Below, piece by piece: positions 1 to 14,822 of a DNA stretch of 64,000 nucleotides (its first letter is position 1; every line of letters starts with the position of its first letter). The DNA lies in the NCBI RefSeq assembly GCF_036321535.1, contig NC_087472.1, positions 99,636,001-99,700,000 of the forward strand, read 5' to 3'. Under the pieces are notes generated by a model, which was given only the letters and a program-made list of their open reading frames with translations, was not told the origin of the DNA and did not search any database. The stretch is from Camelus dromedarius. Taxonomy: Eukaryota. The position numbers were made by a program, and so were the translations under genes.

Positions 1-1100
<1,100 letters not shown>

Positions 1101-2869
1101 GGTCTCGCATCTTCCATCGCTCTGTAAAGTGGTTGCAGGTAGTGCGGGGGTGTAAGCAACGTGGAAACCGATTTCATGTTTTCCTGGCAATTTTTTTTTT
1201 AAGTTCATGTGAGCTATTTTTAAAACGTTTTTTTTTACTGCAGTATAACACGCATATCACAAAAGCGCACAGATCTTAAGTATACGATTTGAAGAATTAG
1301 CACATAGTGAGGATCTGCGTGTTTTATATAAGGTGCACCAAGGAAGGGAAGGAAATCAAGGGAAATGTTCTTTAATCACTTAAAACATGCTTTTTAAGAG
1401 CGAGGGTGGTATTGTCTATTGGGCCTTCGTTCGCATCATTCAAAGGAGGAGGAGGTGACTTCAGTCCTTCCCAGTTCGCGTTTTACGTCATGCATTGTTT
1501 TTAAAAGCAGAATTTAACATATCACAGGTTCGTGATATAAATACTATAAATATGCTCTTCTGCTTTCATCCTTTTTGCTTGAGAAACTCGACTGCGCTTG
1601 CTAGGGAAGAATCCAAAACCTGTCCATCAGAACCAGCATTGGGGGAGGGGGACCAGGTAGAATAAAACATTGGATATGGGAGGTTGTTGAAGTTAACATT
1701 TTTATTTGGTCAGGAGTTTAATAAGTTATTTAGATGTTTTAGAGGCAGGGAGGCGCTATCTGGTTGAGCCTGTGATTTAGCTGTGGTATTTCAATATATT
1801 TGAAGGAACTTAATAACTCTGCATTCTTATTAAGTTCTAGTTGGAAACTTTATTGTAGATAAATAGCTTAAAGTTATTTTCTTTCATTTGAAATTAGAAA
1901 TACAGAAAAGCATGTTGTGTGAAGATTTAAAACATTTAATAAAGTTCTACGTGCATTAGGGTTGGTGAGGAAAAATTGGAACATTCAATTTAGGTGCCAG
2001 GTAGTACCATGGTTTGTTCTTTTGTGGGTTTTGTGAGGCCAGGTACTTAGAAAAATAATGTAATATTCAGAAAAGTCTTGATTATTGAGATTTTATTATA
2101 ATCCACCCTGATATTGATTATTCTTGGTCTCGCAAGGCTTTATCATTGGGGACCCATTCCTAATGAGAGTCAACATGCATTTCTTGGGGGTCAACCATTG
2201 TTCCTGAGCTTGTGCTGAGTGCTGTGAAGGCCAGAAAAGACGGAGAGGCCTGAGATGTGTAGGGTCGCCAACAATTTCATGGTGACACAGGTGGAGATGT
2301 GAGGTGGCAGATGGCTTTCCTGGGAGCTGTTGTAGAAGGTTGCAGGGGAGCGCCTCTGGTTTTCTCCAGCAACAGGTTCTTCTGATACTGAAATCCTGTG
2401 CATTTTTTCCCGTTACCCACCAGTGTTGTTTTCTTTCTTTCCTTTAATTACTCCTGGAATGGAAATTACCAAATGTACTGTCATTTTTAGTGCTTGTATT
2501 AACATGCCACAGTATGAGGAATGAGGAGCAAGCGCCTGTTGCTTGGATTTGCTGAGCTACCTTTAGATGGCAGGTGGAATCACCCAATCTCACCTGTCAG
2601 ACTGCCTCGGTGTCACACGGGTCCTGTCATCCCGGCAGCCTGAAATGCCCCCTTCTCCCCTTTTCCCTTTGGGCATTCGCTTCCTCTAGGTTCCTCTCCG
2701 CCTGAATTAAGGAGCTTCCTCTGACCTGTGCCTGCGGCACCTGCAGGGAAGCACTCTTCTTTTTCTCCCTGTGTTACATTAATCTTCCAGTCGCTCTTGC
2801 AGACGTTCATCGGGTGCCCACTGTGAGCAGGACCCTGTGCTGGTAGCTACTGCTGTCGCTTGAGCTCAG

Positions 2870-3085
2870 TAGATTGAGGTCCAGACTGCCTGAGTGTGAG
2901 TGCCACCTCTCCTCTTCCTGCTGTCTCACCTCGGAAACTATTTGACGTCTCTTAGCTTCAGTTTTCTCACCTTTAAAATGGGCTTGAGGACAACATGGGG
3001 GGATAGAAGCACTGCTTTGAGGATGAAGGAATTACTATCTGTAAAGCAGTGCCTGACACACAGGAAGTGCTCAAGCTGGTTAGCA
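2870..3085 (+). mobile_element. MIR SINE
   Basis: Core match cttcagttttctcacctttaaaatggg...cagtgcctgacacacaggaagtgctca. Confidence 0.8.
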
Positions 3086-4934
3086 TCATCCCTTCTATTA
3101 GATCGTTGGCTTGAGGGCAAGGCCTGTGTCCAGGTCACACACGCCTCCCGCAGTGCCGCCTGGTGGAGAGGGTGGCTGGATGGTCATCCTACTCCTCCTC
3201 AGAGTTTTTGCACACAGTAGGTCTGTAGCTGATGTTTGACAATTGCATCATGCTGGGAGCAGCTACACTGGAGTGAGAGGTCACTAAATACTCGTGAGTT
3301 GGATTAAAGAAGTATGTCGGTGGAGGAGTTTGAGATAGTGGAACTACAAAGTATGTTTCCTGAGGCCTGTTGTTGAGCTTTCCAGTGCATTCTGCCCTTA
3401 AATATTGTTCACTGAGTTGAATTCATTTGCCCATCATTCCCTAGTAAGGAGGGAATTGCTTTGAGGTGAGATGAGGTTCCCTGCTGTCCTTCGACCTGCC
3501 TGTCTTCCATCCCCTACGCTAGATCAGGAGAATGTAGGGGTACACACTAGCAGTTCAGGAAAGCCTCCCCCAGGAGCCAAAGTAGGATGGGGCTGAGTAG
3601 GAAAGACTGAGAGTAGGTCCCCAAGAAATCAAGTTCTTCATCCTTTCTCAAAGTTGCATTTAAAACCATTCTTGAACACTTTAGTCCTAAAACTGCTTGG
3701 ACCTAAAAAGATCCAAGTTGAGTTTGTGCGTGTGTCCTAACATCCTGAGTCCCTCTGACAGTGGAAGGGACCTCCAGGTCAGGAAAGAAAGACACAAAGT
3801 TGTATTTGGTCTGGGTCTTCTGTCTTTGTTGAGTTCTGGCACTGTAGGACTTGAACTTGGCAGGACCTTCGGGGCAAACTCCTGAAAGTCGGTGTGACCA
3901 TCAGCTGTTTCTTTTCTGATGTCCTGACCCTGGTGACACAACTGGTCAAAGTCTATCAATTCTATTTCTAACCCTTCTCCACAATTAAAGGATGTTTTCT
4001 TCTCATCCAGATATCCCATCTTCTGCAGTGGTTCGTTTTTTAAAAGAACATCTTGCCTTGTGTAGTAATTATACTGATTGATTTATAAAATAGGGTGTAA
4101 AGGGTTGATTTGGGCAGGCAAGAGGGGGATTTCTGGTGGATACTGGTAAATAGCCTAGTGGGCTTTGTTGGGAGGATTCAACAAAATATAACTCGTAATG
4201 GGCTCAGCACAGTGAGGGCTCACAGGGCAGCTGGTATGATGATGCTTATGATGATATTGCCTGGTTTCGGGGTGCCGTCCATGTGCTGAGTTGACTCTGG
4301 GAGCAATTGGAGGGCTTGAAAACTTTCCATGGCCCTTCCCACCAGCCTCTTTTGAATTAATTAAACCAGAAGAAGGAAAAGGCGATGGCTGAGGGTGGCC
4401 GGCCTTGGGGTGCTGTGATTCAGAATTGCTTACCACCCACTTCACATCTAAGGTCCACCTTGGAATGTGGAGTCCGCTGGCTCAGTACCTGAGGGTCTGG
4501 GGCCAGCCGGGCTTCAGGATGCCCTCACCTACCTCTGACATCTGTCTGCATGTCGGCCTTGATCTGCTCTGCTCCTAGGAAGCATTTGCTTTCCTCTTGC
4601 CTAGAAAGTTTTCCTCTTTTAAAGAACCTTGTGATTAGCGGAGTTCAGATTGTGATTTAAGTGAAAGGAAAACAGGTATGAGTGGGCCACACACGTACAG
4701 AGGGTTTGTGGGAACGGCAGTCACACCACGTGCCTGTGATCCCTCGGATGGCAGGACTGTCCCCTGGGTACATAGCCCTTGGCTGGCGCTGGGTTCATTC
4801 ACTACCTGAAGAGAACCGCTTTTCCACTCCATGCCTGGCATCTTGTAGCCCCAAGACAACCCTGTGGAATGCTTCTTGCTCCTTTGTCATCTCAGCCTCT
4901 TAAGTTTACCCTCCCCTTGCCTGTTTGTATAATG

Positions 4935-5170
4935 ATAGCTTTATTGAGACAGCATTCACATAGCAGACATTTCACCCATTTAAAATGCACAATTCAGCGG
5001 TTGTCAGTATGTTTACACAGTTGTACAGTCATCACCACGGTCAATCTTAGGCCATTTTCATCACCCTGCAGAGAAGGCCCCCGCCCAGCAGCCGGCGTTC
5101 CCCATCCCCCCTCGCCGCCCGCTCCCCGGGCCCAGGCAGCCACCCCTCTCCGCTGTCTCTGGAAACCTCT
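4935..5170 (-). mobile_element. Old L1 (L1M-type) 3' end fragment
   Basis: agctttattgaga...ttcacccatttaaaatgcacaattcag...gttgtacagtcatcaccac. Confidence 0.75.
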
Positions 5171-5544
5171 AGGCTTCTGCCGTGGCGGACTTGGTGCGCA
5201 CGTATGGTGTGGTTGCCCGCAAGTCCGCAGGTGGGCCTCCAGTAGCATGGGTTTAGAAGCCGTCACTCTGCACGCTCCGGCCTTCGGGTCCAGTGCTCAC
5301 TCTCGCTGCACAGCCTCGTCTCTTCGCCTCCTCAGCATCCGCAGCTCGTGGCCCGCAGGGCCCTCAGAACCTGCCTGGAACCTTCCAGGCAGTCTGTAGC
5401 TACATCCTGCACACGCCTTCCTTTCAGCTCCTCCTGGTTGAGCTTTCTGTGCCAAGCACCATTGGGAGCCCTTGTCGTGCGTTATTTGCTTGATTGCTCA
5501 CAACCACCCTCTGTACTGTTTTTATTCTCATTTTAGCGATGCTG

Positions 5545-5950
5545 CCATTATCTAGTCCTGTGTGTCACAACACCGCGAACTTAGCTGTTTCTCACCGTCC
5601 AGGGGGTTGGTTGGGCTCAGTTGAGTGGTTCTTGCGCTCAGTGTGCTGTCAGCTGGGAGCCCAGCTGGGCCTCTCCGGTCTGGGCATCTCCTCAGGGAGC
5701 GTGTCCCGCACCGCCCGCCTCACAGTGTGGCGGCTGTGCTTCAGGAGCCAGGAAGCGGAAGCTGCCGCTTCCCTGGAGGCCTGGGCTTAGAAGTCCTGGA
5801 ATGTCCCTTCTGCTGCATTTGGTGGTCACAGCAAGTCACAAAGCCAGCCCAGATTCAAGGAGAGGGAAGGTAGATTGCACTTCTTGAGGTGAGGCGTGGT
5901 AAGCGCCTGCTGGGAGGGGAGGAGTCTCCCTTTTTGGAGATTCTCTACTA
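5545..5950 (-). mobile_element. MLT1 (ERVL-MaLR) solo LTR interrupting a MIR
   Basis: gcaagtcacaaagccagcccagattcaagg motif; MIR pieces at about 5430-5535 and 5955-6060. Confidence 0.7.
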
Positions 5951-7039
5951 TAACAAGTAAGGACATTGAAATTAAGAGAGGTTAAGTAAGTTGCTCAAGG
6001 TCACACAGTAAGTGGCAAGCCAGGACTCACACCTAAGTGTGTCTGACCCCCAGATTAAGTATTTTTAACTTCTGTGCCTTCCCAGCTAGATTACAACAAA
6101 CTCCTTTTGCACATGGGTCGTGCCTCCCATGTTTTCTGTACTCCTTTCAAGATCTGTGTCACTACTGTTGATCCACATTTTATAAGGGTTTTGTGTGCCT
6201 TTTCCTTAGTACACAGTTATTTTTCTCCCCAAAGGTAACAAGGTCCCTCATTTCTTCGAAGTACAGCAACAATTTTATCAACAGAAATGCTTAGAGGAAG
6301 AGAGGCTCCATTTAACAGAATTGCTGGTTAACCCCCCGTCCTCTCTTTGCTAGCTTTTATGTTGGGTTCTGGAAGATCTCAGTAAGCTGTCCTCTACTAG
6401 GGCACTGCGTTGGCTGTGACTGAGGATTGCAGCTCTTGGATCATCACTCTGGAAGGCCCGTGGGAGATGCTCTTTAACTCTAGACCAGTGTGTCTTTGGT
6501 GAAACTCTGGTGAAGGACCAGTTTGAGTTTTTTCCTTTAATTTCCAATGTTGACCAATATCTTGTTACAATATTGTTTAAAAGACTTACTGGGAAAATAA
6601 AATATACAAGACATGGAAAATACAGGTCCCAATTTTTAAATATTAGATTAGATATTAGATTCCAAGTGATGAATGGATGTCAGATTAGTGTCAAATTGCT
6701 GTGTTTCTAAGTCCGTGCTGTCAATTTATGTCCTTACTGTGGTTGATAACGAACAATAAGGAGAGTGGCACCTGTCCACAGGCCACACCCTGAACAGGTC
6801 TGCCCAGGGCCAGCATCTCCCAAAGGGTGTGGTACACAAGAGGGTTTTAGGTTACACATGGGCAAACTTATCTTTTCAATTTTGGATTAATAATCCTGTG
6901 GATTCTTTCATTGTATTGTAAAAATACAACTAGTACATCAAGCTAATTTCATGAATATTTTTAGAATAAATAAAAAATGAAAAAAACTCAATTTAAAGAA
7001 AACTACTAAATAATAGTGTAGATTGGTGCTGGCTAATAC

Positions 7040-7385
7040 AAACACAATGCTAGCTGCCTATATAATCCTAAGTTTTCTAATAGCTGCACTAAAAAAGTAA
7101 AAAGGAATATATGAATTAATATAATAATACAAATTTTAACCCAGTATATCTAAAATACTGTCATTTCAACATGTAATTAATATGAAGAATGTTAATAGAG
7201 ATCTCTCTCTATTCTTTGCACCAAGTCTTCCAAAACGAGTGTGGCGTTAGCATTTCCAGCACATCTCTATTTGGACTAGTCACATTTCAAGTACTCAGCA
7301 GCCAGCTGTGGCTCATGGCTAGCATATTGGACATCGATCATCTCAAGCATTTCCATAATGGCAGAAAGTTCTGTTGGTCTAGAAT
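7040..7385. mobile_element. hAT-Charlie MER3/MER33-like element
   Basis: tttaacccagtatatctaaaatactgtcatttcaacatgtaat...cacatttcaagtactcagcagcc...tattggaca. Confidence 0.8.
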
Positions 7386-9464
7386 GAGCCGTGTGGTCAC
7401 ATAGGGCACCGTGATACTGAGTGCAGTCACCGTGCTGCCGAGTGTGGTATGAAGAACAAGAGTTTACGCTGTGGTGTTCAGTCCATCCTTGAGCTCTTGT
7501 GTGGGTGTGCTTGGTGGAAGTGGAAAGATTCTTTGATCAAAAGGTCTCCCCTGCAATACAGCAGCCAGGCTGGACCTTCAGGCCCGGGGGCACAAGCCAC
7601 TTGTGCTCTCCCCGGCGTGGGCAAGTGCTGAGGCCCTCGCGCACGTGGTTTTCTCGGAGACCTGACAGGCTGTGGAAAGGGGGTGGGCTTGACTCGGCGG
7701 TAAATGTTGGGCTGTTATTGAGGGAAAGTGGGATATAATGCTGATGGAACAGTGAGTGGGGGAGAGAGCAGTGTTCGCCAGCTCAGGCTCCCTCAGGTTC
7801 CGTGTCAGGTGCAGTGGGGAAGCCCCTCTGCGGTGTGGGTTCTGCCAGGCTGGGTTAGGATGGCTTTGTGGGGGCACGTCTGGTCATTTCCCCTCAAGGC
7901 TAGTGTCGTGCCTTCCTAGCGCCCTTCTCTGGTTGTGCTCAACAGGTTCCAGTTGGCTGACAAGACAGACCCCCTAACTCTGGGGACCACGTTATTGGAT
8001 AGTTCCAGTAAATTCACCGGCTGGTCCTACCTCCCTGTCTTAGGTTCAGTTCTGGGAGAGAGCTGGCACTGGCTTTAGGGGAACTTGCTGGGCAGGGCCA
8101 GTTAACCAGCAGGACGGGTCCCTGCCCAGACCGAGCTGTCCTCCCCCTCCTGAGCAGTTAGTCTGTTTTCACCTTTGACACCGAGTCTTTAAGAGTTGAC
8201 TGTTGGTTTAGCAAGTCAACCAGTGTGCAACCCCAGTTGCTGTGGTAGACTTATTGGATTAACTTCCTTTTTAGCTCCATTTTTCTATCCCTACTCTTGG
8301 TTTTCTCTTTTTCGCCCATTTTTTGTATTTATTTCTGCTGTATTTTATATAAGCAGAAGGAGGGAGAGAGGAGGGCATAAGATGAATACCTGAAATAAAT
8401 AAATACAGAGCAGGAGAGTTTTTCCTTGAAGCTTGAGTTTTTCATCAGGCACTGAAAGGCCTTTTTAAGCAGTGCTCTGTGTCTTTGTTTCAAAACAACA
8501 CCCTAATATGTGCCCTTAACTTCAAATAACCATCTGAATTGTAAACTGGGCAAAACAGGATTCTTCTGCTGTTCTCATTTTTAAAAACACCCCCCCCAAA
8601 CACACACACATGCACACACAGGATTCCTGTCTGTTCTCTTCCTGTTGCACATAGGTTGCATTTTCGGCTTTCCACTTATTAGAGAGGCAGCCGTCCTTGT
8701 GCATGGAGCTAGTGTCCCCTCTTAGCAGATTTTACTCTTCTCTGTTCTATTAACTGTGTGTGTTCAGTTTTCTTGAGCACCAGTCAGGGGTGACAGTTGG
8801 TGGTGAAATATTATGACAGCCTTCAGTGGAAGCTTTCCTTGCACTTGGGTAGTTTTTCCCCCAGTGTAGTTATGTGTTGTGAACAAAATTTAACAGGGAT
8901 CATTTTCATTAGCTAGGTAACCAATATTATTTAAGCAGATTTAGTTTCATATTTAAAAAAATTACTGATTCTAATTGCAGTTTTCTTCCTGCAAAACGTG
9001 CTCCTGCTTTCCTTTTCCCCGCTCCTCACTCACCTAAATTTCCACTTCACTGGATTTTTTCTTCAGTCACGAATTATTTCTAAAGAATAATTGCTTCTTA
9101 TTAATGGTCCATTAATTTCTACATATCCCTAATCTTCTGGACCGAGATTAACTCTTTTTATAGCAGAACAGTCAGGAGAGCAGAGTGGACTGTCTCACTC
9201 TACTCTGTTCAGCTTTCATTTCTCTAACTTGTCTTTTACTTTCTTTCCGTTTTGACTGAGAGACCCACAAGGACCCAGTGCCTTTCTACTAAGGAGTGTG
9301 GAATGTCCTTTGTGGTGCATAATTTTATCTTTGTTAGTTAAAAATTAAAAGGATTCTTGCCACTTTTGTAAAGATGTGTAAAGATGATGTGTAAAGGTGT
9401 GTAAAGATGATTTCAGAGTGAGTGCCTTTTATGATCAGGCCAGTTCAAGCAGGAGGTACGATAC

Positions 9465-9625
9465 ACAGAGCCGTCCAATAGAAAACTGTTCTGTTCTACT
9501 TCTCTTCCAAATGGTAGCCACCTGCCGTGTGTGGCTACTGAGTGCTAGAGTTTTCATTGTATCTGATTTTAAATGATTTAAATTTAAATAGCCACATGGT
9601 AGTGGTTCCTGAATTGGGCTGTGCA
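9465..9625. mobile_element. MER3-like hAT fragment
   Basis: gtccaatagaaaact...tggtagccacc...atttaaatttaaatagccacatgg. Confidence 0.65.
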
Positions 9626-10299
9626 GTTAACTAGATGTTAACTGACCTTGCCAGATGGGATCAGAAATGAAGAGTGCATTTTGGGTCTCATACCAGTTGC
9701 TTCAAACCTATCTGTTCTTGGTTTCTCCCCTATAAGCTCTGGTATTTGGTACTTCTCATTCACCCCCTCTCAGGTGTGCGCAGGCCACCAGGAACAGAAC
9801 CGGCCCTTGGCTCCTGTGGTTCATATTAGGCCTCTAGGGCCATGGTAGAACCTACTAGCCAAGACTGACTTCTGGCTCCTGGTGGCCCTGGGGTACCCTC
9901 TCTGTCTCTGCCTCAGGTTTGGTCACATAACTTGGTTGGAGGAGAAACCAGGTTGACTTAGAAGGCATTACCAGATCATTAGATGAAACCATGAGCTGTG
10001 CAGGATTTGGGTGCGCCATGTGGAGAACTTCTTCACCAAGAGGTTGGCAGGGATTGAGAGTGCAGGCCGAGGCCGGGGAACCCCGCGGTGGGAGGGCGTT
10101 GAGCATCACCGCTGAATGAATCACGTTCCCTCTTTGCTAGGACGTGCTCACGAAAGTACATGAGCCTCTGCTCTGTTGTCCACCCTGCTCCTCACAACTC
10201 TGGCCTCACATGTGGCCCGTGGAGGAACTCAGCTGCTTGTGAGTGAGATAGTACACTAGGTAATCTGATCAGTGCTTTCCAGCTCTGAGATACTGTGAT

Positions 10300-10850
10300 C
10301 CTCCAGTGCCGACCCAGGAGGCAGAGGGAAGGGTAGTCCGCTTAACTAACAGACTTACCAGCCTTCCACTCCCCTCCCCCTCCACCATTTCAACCAAGAC
10401 AGGGAGGCTTCTGCCTCCGTCTCTCATGACCCCATCCACATTGCCAGTGCCTGGGTCAGACTCTCATCTCAGGCCTGACCATTATCATGAGAGCCTTAGG
10501 GATCTCTGTCCAGGTCTCCCGCCCTGTCTGGATCCATCATGTCACTCTCTTGCTTAACCTCCTCTAATGTCTGCCTCGCACAAGCACAGTCTAAACTGCT
10601 GCTGGGGTTTCCCAGGTTGGATGTGTTGGGATGGGGCTCCCGCTTGCCCCTCCAGCCCCCTCTCTCTGGCCACTGATTGCCCCCAGCCGGGAGTGTCGAT
10701 CGAACTCTACATCCGCTAGCGCCTCGCTGCCCATGTGCGTGTTCTTCCCTGTGTCCAGAACTCCCTTCCTCGCGGAGTCTGCCACGTTCACCCTTCAGTA
10801 CTCGGCTCACACCTCACCTCTTCCCTGAAGCCTTTCCCGACCACACACAC
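10300..10850. mobile_element. Degenerate L2 fragment
   Basis: Pyrimidine-rich L2-like 3' region ending in cacctcttccctgaagcctttcccgacc. Confidence 0.5.
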
Positions 10851-10959
10851 TTTCGGTGGGCTTTTGTTTCTCTTCCATTTCCATCACGGTGTTGATAACA
10901 CTAATTCAGGTAGATCAAGTCATGTGCAAATAAACTTGGGGTTGGCGTTTGGAAACTGA

Positions 10960-11645
10960 AGTGCACAGATCTTAAGCATACAGTCTGATGAATGTTTACA
11001 TATATACCCATGTAACCAACACCCAGATCAAGAAACTAAACATTTCCAGCACCCAGAAGGCTCCCTTGTGCCTCCTCCTAGACAGCACCCCCCCAAAGGT
11101 GACCATTGTTCTCACCTTTTTTCACTATAGATTAGTTTTGCTTGTTTTGAGCTTCACTAAAATAGTTTTATAGTATGCACATTTTTACTGCAGCAAAATA
11201 CACATGACATAAACTTTACCATTTTAGCCATTTTTAATGTACAGTTCAGTGGCATTAAGTACATTCATGTTGTACAACCATCACCACCATCCATCTCCAG
11301 AACTCATCAAGTATATGCTTTTTGTGTGTCTGTTTTTTTTTTCCCTCAAACTTATGTCTTTAAGATTCACCCATGTTTCAGTTATCAGTGGGTCATTTCT
11401 TTTTATTTCTGAGTAATCCTGCATTGTGACTATACATACTACAATTTGTTTTATCCATTCCCTTGCTGATGGACAATTGGGTTATTTCCAGTTTTGTGTT
11501 CTTTTAACTAAAACTGCTATGAACGTACTTGTACACATCTCTTGGTGCCCATACACAGGCATTTTTGTTGCATACATACCTAGGAGTTGAATGACTGGGT
11601 CAGAAGGTAGGCATATGTTCAGCTTTAGCAGATAGAGCCAAATTG
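10960..11645 (-). mobile_element. Old L1 3' fragments (nested L1M pieces)
   Basis: aagtgcacagatcttaag...; gtacagttcagtggcattaagtacattc; tttatccattcccttgctgatggacaattgggttatttccag; continues at about 12110-12190 after the MLT1. Confidence 0.8.
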
Positions 11646-11649
11646 GAAG

Positions 11650-12108
11650 TAGTTCCCTATTGCCGTTATAACAAATTACCACAAATTTAATGGTTTATAG
11701 CAACATGAATTTATTATCTTAAAATTTGGAAAGCCAGGAGTGCTAAAATCAAGGTGTTGGCAACGCCCTACTGGAGGCTCTAGGGGAGAATCCATTTCCT
11801 TGCCCCCTCCAGCTGCTAGAGGCTGCCTGCATCCCTTGGCTCGTGACCCCTTCCTCCATCGGCAGGGCCAGCATCGTAGTTTTTCTCTCCAACTTCTGCT
11901 TCCATTGTCACATCTCTTCCCGCTTACTCTAACTTTCCTATCTTCCTTGTGATTACATGCAGCCCACCTGGAAAGTCCTGGCTAATCTCTCCATCTCAAG
12001 AGTCTTAACTGAATTACAGCTGCAAAGACCTTTTTGTCATAAAAGGTTTTCACAGGTTCCAGGGATTAGAACATGGACATCACTGGAGGTCCGTTGTTCT
12101 GCCCACCA
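11650..12108 (-). mobile_element. MLT1C/D-like solo LTR inserted in L1
   Basis: ataacaaattaccacaaatt...ggaggctctaggggagaatccatttccttgcc...ttcacaggttccagggattagaacatggacat. Confidence 0.85.
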
Positions 12109-14109
12109 TTTTCTGTGCTGAGAGTTCCAGTTCTTCCTTAGTCTTAGTCTTTGTCAGTCCTCGGTCTTTTTAATTGTAGCCACTCTGGAGGGGGATGAGG
12201 GACACATCCATGGCTGCCTCCCCCAGGCAGTGTGTCCTCCTCTGCTCTGATATAGATGTATTGTAACTTACCAGTATTATATTATAAATATTTGTTTATA
12301 TGCCTCTGTCCTCGCCAAACCATACACTTCTTCATGAGACAAGTCATATAGTAGCTGGTTCGATAAATGCTCACTGAATGGTAAGTAATAACTGAGGGCA
12401 GTTTTCAGCAGAGAAGCAAGCAGAACTCAAGGTTTAAATGAAAGCCTGTGCTTACAGTCCCATCTCTGGCTCAAGGTAGGTTTTTCTCCCAAATAAAAAT
12501 AGGACCAGAGCAAAGAACCTGGTTTCTGGTTTTATAGCTTCTGCACACTGTTCTTTCCCAAGGTAGTTAATCTATAAGTGAGTAATGCCCTAGAAGGAGA
12601 TTTGGGCCTCGACTCCTGAGGGCGTTGGTTGGAAATGACTTCACTGTGTATGTAAATGAGAGAGGGAGATGCAGTTCCGGAAGGCAGGCTTCTGGGGCGT
12701 CTGATCTTGGACCTTTTGCGGAGACTCAGGTTTTCCTTTTCCCTGGACTCTGCTCATGTAGCAGCACACTGCAACTTCTCGCTCGTGGAAGGAAGGACCT
12801 TCCAAGGTAAGTAGAGCTTTCTTGTTCTCAGGGAATGTCGTGTGTGTGCACTGAGAGCCGCCTTGGAAACTTGAGGCCGGGATTTCTGAGGAAGGTGAAG
12901 GCAGAGTAGAAATGAATTAGCCATGTCCCTGGACGCAGCGGGGTGGGCGCACATGGCTTGGCACCAGGGAGACAGATCTGGAAGGTAGGGTTAGTGTTAG
13001 ACAAAAGGCAGGCAGGACTGTGGCTTCCTTTGGAAACATCCTGATGTGAGTGACCACTTTCTGAGCTGTAGCTTGTTCCCCACTCTGCTTGGCTGGGTGC
13101 ACACCTGGTTTCAGAAGGGCTATCGGGTTTCGAGCCCTCAGTCTTATCTTTCCAGGCCGCGGAGGTGTTGGCAGCGTTCCCATGGCTTGGCGTTACTTTG
13201 ACCCTCTGGGGTGTGGCGTGTGCATGAGGAACTTTGCCCTTGATGTGGCAGAGGATTTTTTTGGCCCTTATGGGGAAACCTCTCTGTCATTGAGTAAGAC
13301 CTGACTGGTCAGCACTTGGATTATAAAGGAGTCGGTCTTTTGAGAAAAATACTATCTCAGGGTAGGAGTTACCATGACAGGCCTCTGCCAGGGTGATTGG
13401 GCCTTGTTAAAGACATGCTGACACAGTCACAGCTTTGGTGTGACTGATCTGGAAACAGGGCAGCCATGCCAGTGGGGGGCACGCCTGGACCCTGAGTGGG
13501 GTGACTGCTCCCCATGCCAGGAGGCTTGGGACGGCTGAATCTGGCCGTGGCCCTGTGTTTATGGAGTCCCAGTGACTTCCTGGATGTCCTCATCTCTCTG
13601 CCTGCTGCGTTCCAGTTGTGGAGAAAGTCAGGTGGCTGCATGCCTGCCGAGAACCGTCCCTCTGAGACTCGGACCCTGCTCCCTCTCTGCTCCTCGTTAC
13701 CTTGGACCCAGGAGGCTGAGAGCTTGGCCCTTGGGAATCCTCCTCTGCAGACCCCAGGCTTGGGGGCCCCGAGACTGGGGCGAGCTGCCGCTCAGTCAGG
13801 TATGCGGTAACTCTTCCCAGGGCCTTCTCTTGGTCTCTGTTCATACAGACCTCTCGCCTCGAAATGCCTCTCCTCCTGCTGCGCCTCCGAGGACAGGCCA
13901 CACACCCGCTCAGCACCCTTTCCACAAAGCATCCCAGTCTCCGTAAGGAGACACAGGGTCTTCTGTGGGACCCACTTCCTTAAGCCCGCCTAACAGGACT
14001 TGGCATCTGGCTTTTACTCCGGGACATTAGGGTTTCCCTTCTCTAACCTTTTGCACAAATTGTCCGTAGTATAGCCTCTTCACCTCTTTCTTCAGTTGAG
14101 AATTTACTG

Positions 14110-14822
14110 ATGAGATATCACCTCACACCTGTCAGGATGGCTTTCATCCAAAAAACAGAAAACAAATGCTGGTGAGGACATGGAGAAGTTGGAATGGTTG
14201 TGCACTCTTGGCGGGAATGCATAATGGCGCAGCCACTATGGAAAACGGTATGGAGGTTCCTCAAAACATTAAAATAGAGCTACCTTATGATCCAGCAATT
14301 CTACTTCTGGGTATCTATCCAAGAGAATTGAAATAAAAAATCTCAAAGAGCTATTAATGCTATTCACAATCGCTAAAATGTGGAAAGAACCTAAATGTCC
14401 GTGGACAAATGATTGGCTAAAGAAAATGCAGTATATACATACAACGGAATAGTATCCAGCCTTAAAGAAGGACATTGTGCAATATGCAACAACATGGATG
14501 ACCCCTGAGGGTATCATGCTGAGCGAAATAAGCCAAATACTGCGTGATTCCACTGACATGAGGGTATCCCAATAGTCAAATTCGTAACATCAGAGGGTAG
14601 AATGGTGGTTGCCAGGGCTGAGGGGAAATGGGGAGTTACTAGTCAATGGACATAAAGTTTCAGTTAAACAGGATGAATACGTTCTAGAGATCTGCTGTAC
14701 CACATTGTGCTGACAGTTGACAGTACTGTATTGTACACGGAAAAGTTTATTAAGAGTGTAAATATCATGTTACTTGTTCTTACCACAATAGAATAAAATT
14801 TTAAAAATAAAAAAAATTTTAA
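14110..14822 (+). mobile_element. 5'-truncated L1 (L1MA-like ORF2 end and 3' UTR) with 11-bp TSD
   Basis: gagatatcacctcacacctgtcaggatggc...A-rich tail; AGAATTTACTG at 14099-14109 and 14823-14833. Confidence 0.9.

Noticed and set aside
4779..5399. 206-aa ORF, the longest in the track
   Set aside because: Runs through an antisense L1 3' fragment, starts at a non-ATG codon, and shows no recognisable domain.
9365..9412. Repeated GTGTAAAGAT units, possible CRISPR-like array
   Set aside because: Short slippage repeat with no unique spacers, in a mammalian intron with no cas genes.
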